A DNA stretch of 63,498 nt, the filler included, from Asterionella formosa (taxonomy: Eukaryota), in assembly GCA_002256025.1 (NCBI GenBank). It is 18 parts of 18 records of this genome, joined end to end, with 100 filler letters (N's around TTAATTAATTAA, not from the genome) between each part and the next. Parts side by side here need not be neighbours in the genome. Positions count along the whole stretch, not along the records: positions 60,859 to 62,128 come from NKIB01003287.1; positions 62,229 to 63,498 come from NKIB01003288.1; 16 more parts are not named here. One strand, 5' to 3'. Position 1 is the first letter of the stretch; each line of letters starts with the position of its first letter. Below are positions 60,759 through 63,498 of the stretch, in pieces. Made by a program: the position numbers and the translations under genes. A model generated the notes under the pieces. That model saw nothing but the letters and a program-made list of their open reading frames with translations, did no database searches and was not told the origin of the DNA.

Positions 60759-63498
60759 NNNNNNNNNNNNNNNNNNNNNNNNNNNNNNNNNNNNNNNNNN
60801 NNTTAATTAATTAANNNNNNNNNNNNNNNNNNNNNNNNNNNNNNNNNNNNNNNNNNNNCACAAGCATTGTTCAAAAAATAGATTGAAATGAATCGTAATT
60901 TAACTATCAAATTAAGCAATGCTATCTATTAATCTACATGCCAGCGACCCAACGTTTCTCTCTCTACTCGGCTCAATGTATATTCTTTTCTCGTTCTTTC
61001 TTCCTCTGTTCTCAATTGTGTGCGAGGCAGTGCCTAACTGATGCTGCATCTCTTTCCCTGCTGTAAGTGTCATTCTGAACTTGCCGACTATTCCGTTGTT
61101 TGATTGTTTTTATTTTCCTATGCATGCAGTTACAGTAACAATGAGTAGGAATGATTTGTTTGCTAGTCATGTTACATTGACACAAGAACACGCAATTCCA
61201 TCTTATCCTCTTGCTTCACTTACCACAAATCAATGCAACTGAGGATGCATAAGTCTGTAATAGTAACTTGTCAGTAAATTCTTTAATAAGTAAGTTTCGG
61301 GTAGTATCCAATGTTGTCGAATAAAACTTACCGGTTCATTTTTGTCAGCTTAACTTTGAGAGAAGGTAAACGTTTTGTCAGCTTTGTTCCAACAGAAGTG
61401 AATAGGTCCAATGAGCGACAAGAGCACTTACGCAATTTGGTTTTGTTTTGTTTTACATTGGTGCTCCCCAACAAGCGAAACGAGCTGTTGAATCAACTGA
61501 GAAAAAAGGAAATGTGCGTTTAGTTAACAATTTGTTGTTGTCCTGCCTCCCAACGATTGTCATCCAAGTAGCTACCACATTGTTGGCTTCATTACCTTAA
61601 ACATTCTCCATCCTTCGAATGCGCAATGTGTCGAAGTCACAATGTTTTTCGTTATGTATTGCGTAAACTTTCTTTTCTTTTTATGTGCTTTACTATGACG
61701 TATCTTTTCATTAAGCAGCAGGCATTGTTTGTTAACATGACAGAACGATTTCAAAAATATATATGCCATGAATATAGTAATAAAATTTGTAAATATATAT
61801 GTATATATAGCGTAATACATTTTATAAAATTCAAAGGCGCTCTTGATATGGAACATCTGATATGGTTGAGATGATCATACTCGCACATACATAACTCGAA
61901 AATACTCAATGCACTCACTATGTGTCCATTGTTTTTCACGACTATGTGTACCGTTATTATTTCTGAAATTTGTTTGCATCGATATTTTCTACGTCCGTTG
62001 TAACTAAACTAATTATTTAGAACATTCAATTGGTGTAAGTCATAACCGCAAGGGTTTTGGTAGCAAATTGTTTAAGCACCTTTTTTGAGCGGGAGCTCTT
62101 CATGTGAACCGGTACATCATATGACAATNNNNNNNNNNNNNNNNNNNNNNNNNNNNNNNNNNNNNNNNNNNNTTAATTAATTAANNNNNNNNNNNNNNNN
62201 NNNNNNNNNNNNNNNNNNNNNNNNNNNNGGTCATTTTGCTTAAACTAACATTTCAATCTGGGATAAAGACAGCTAAATCTTAAGTTTCAGCAAAATTACC
62301 ACTTCTTGCTGGTGAATGGAGACAACAATTATGAAATTCCACACATGGGGAAGGCGGCATTAGAGCATGCAGGGTTACCTCCAGATATGCTACCTGCAGG
62401 AGAAACAACAATTGGATTGGCAAGACCATTTTCTGATGAGAAGTTTAAACAGTAGCAGGGTGTGCTGGTAGTGTTCATTTCTGGTGCCAAAATGGTAGCA
62501 TTGGATGCACACATGTTCCACCTATTTTTTTTGGAAATATAGAATTACTCCAATTATCTTAGTTGTCATCAATGTCGATGATTTTTGCCTTGACAGTATC
62601 ATCAATCTTGACAATTTCGTCTAGAAATATATCGCGTTCGATTTATTTGGTGTTGTTTTCATGTCATATCCTTAATATCTCTGTCACCTGTCACTGCCTA
62701 AATATCTTGAGAATTCATAAATGGGTATCCCAAGGTAGAATCTCTTACAATCATGCCCTATACAGCACTAGTAAGGAAATATTTATATACCAGTATGCTG
62801 GGTGGATGTCATGAATAGGTCATGACTAGTACAACTACGGTTCCTGATGTTTCTTGCTGACAGTTTCTCACTTCTTCATTTCTGCAAGAACTGACGATGG
62901 GGGTGGCTATTTGGGGGGAATCTGGTATTGTGCATTGTGGTTCTGAGCCTGTTCGAGGTGCTATCATAGATGCTGTGTCTAGTAAGTAATTAGCAACTGC
63001 GGTGGTTTTTAATGCTCGACCTGCAGGCCATACGAAACTCTGACAAACATGGTCAATTGTCAGATTTGCAGTGTTCTGATTTGCAATTGATTAGTAATGC
63101 TATATAGGATTTCTGAATTTTCTCAACTATTTATCCCAATTACCATAAGCCAGTTTATCATTTATTGTAAGTAGGCGGCCATGAAAAAAATGGAATTACC
63201 GTACTACACTTTTCAAAGCATGAAATCAATCCTATGAAGTCAAATGAATGATCCTGAAAGTATTTCTCATTTGGATCCAGTGTGAGGTCAATATCTAAAT
63301 TCTAAATTTCTTGCCTGTGCTTGTTGCAAATCACTTCCTAGAATTAAACTCTTATAAATAACAAATATTTTATTTTTGCTCCTCTCTGTAGCCAAACGCT
63401 TGCTCCATTATACCAGGAATATCCTCTGGAGTGATCACTTTCCTTGTCCTGTCCCATTGAGCCTGCATAGTTTCGATTAGTTTTTCTTTTCCGTTGGC

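Noticed and set aside
20725..62228. Regularly spaced TTAATTAATTAA palindromes with spacers of about 1.27 kb, resembling an array or cassette system
   Set aside because: They are artificial six-frame-stop linkers embedded in Ns between near length-sorted contigs. Gene neighbourhoods across them are meaningless, and ORF tails reading XXXLIN are artefacts.
60859..63498. Short ORFs in the last two contigs
   Set aside because: They are AT-rich or degenerate with no motifs, so no product can be assigned.

Overview
This is eukaryotic, AT-rich nuclear DNA, most likely from a diatom. The evidence is GT-AG introns, bipartite plastid-targeting presequences, CoDi-type Copia gag and diatom-style bHLH proteins. 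It is not one locus: 18 contigs are joined by 17 artificial 100-nt linkers (N44-TTAATTAATTAA-N44). Two contigs are about 20.7 kb (1-20724 and 23577-44295) and the rest are about 1.27 kb. Contig 1 is mostly decayed transposons (Copia, LINEs, TA- and TTAA-flanked MITEs, a Harbinger start) with two paralogous transmembrane RING-H2 genes. The second long contig holds a degenerate 3 kb PIF/Harbinger element, two paralogous intron-containing bHLH genes, and three adjacent apparently plastid-targeted enzymes (CTP synthase, Cof-type HAD hydrolase, arogenate dehydrogenase). The short contigs carry LINE and Copia RT fragments, a Reeler-like protein with a 91-aa mucin-like repeat, an MFS transporter, a UIM-GAT-ARM protein fragment, a Crinkler-like gene with a duplicated header domain, and a broken PGRL1 fragment. 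The best leads are: (1) the spliced double-header Crinkler-like gene; (2) an in-frame gag-TGA-protease junction suggesting stop-codon readthrough; (3) pervasive TACC(W)GGTA arrays that match local transposon ends and may be excision footprints; (4) a covarying hairpin in a repeat family; (5) a plastid-targeted CTP synthase. All family assignments come from motif recognition by eye, and no searches were run.
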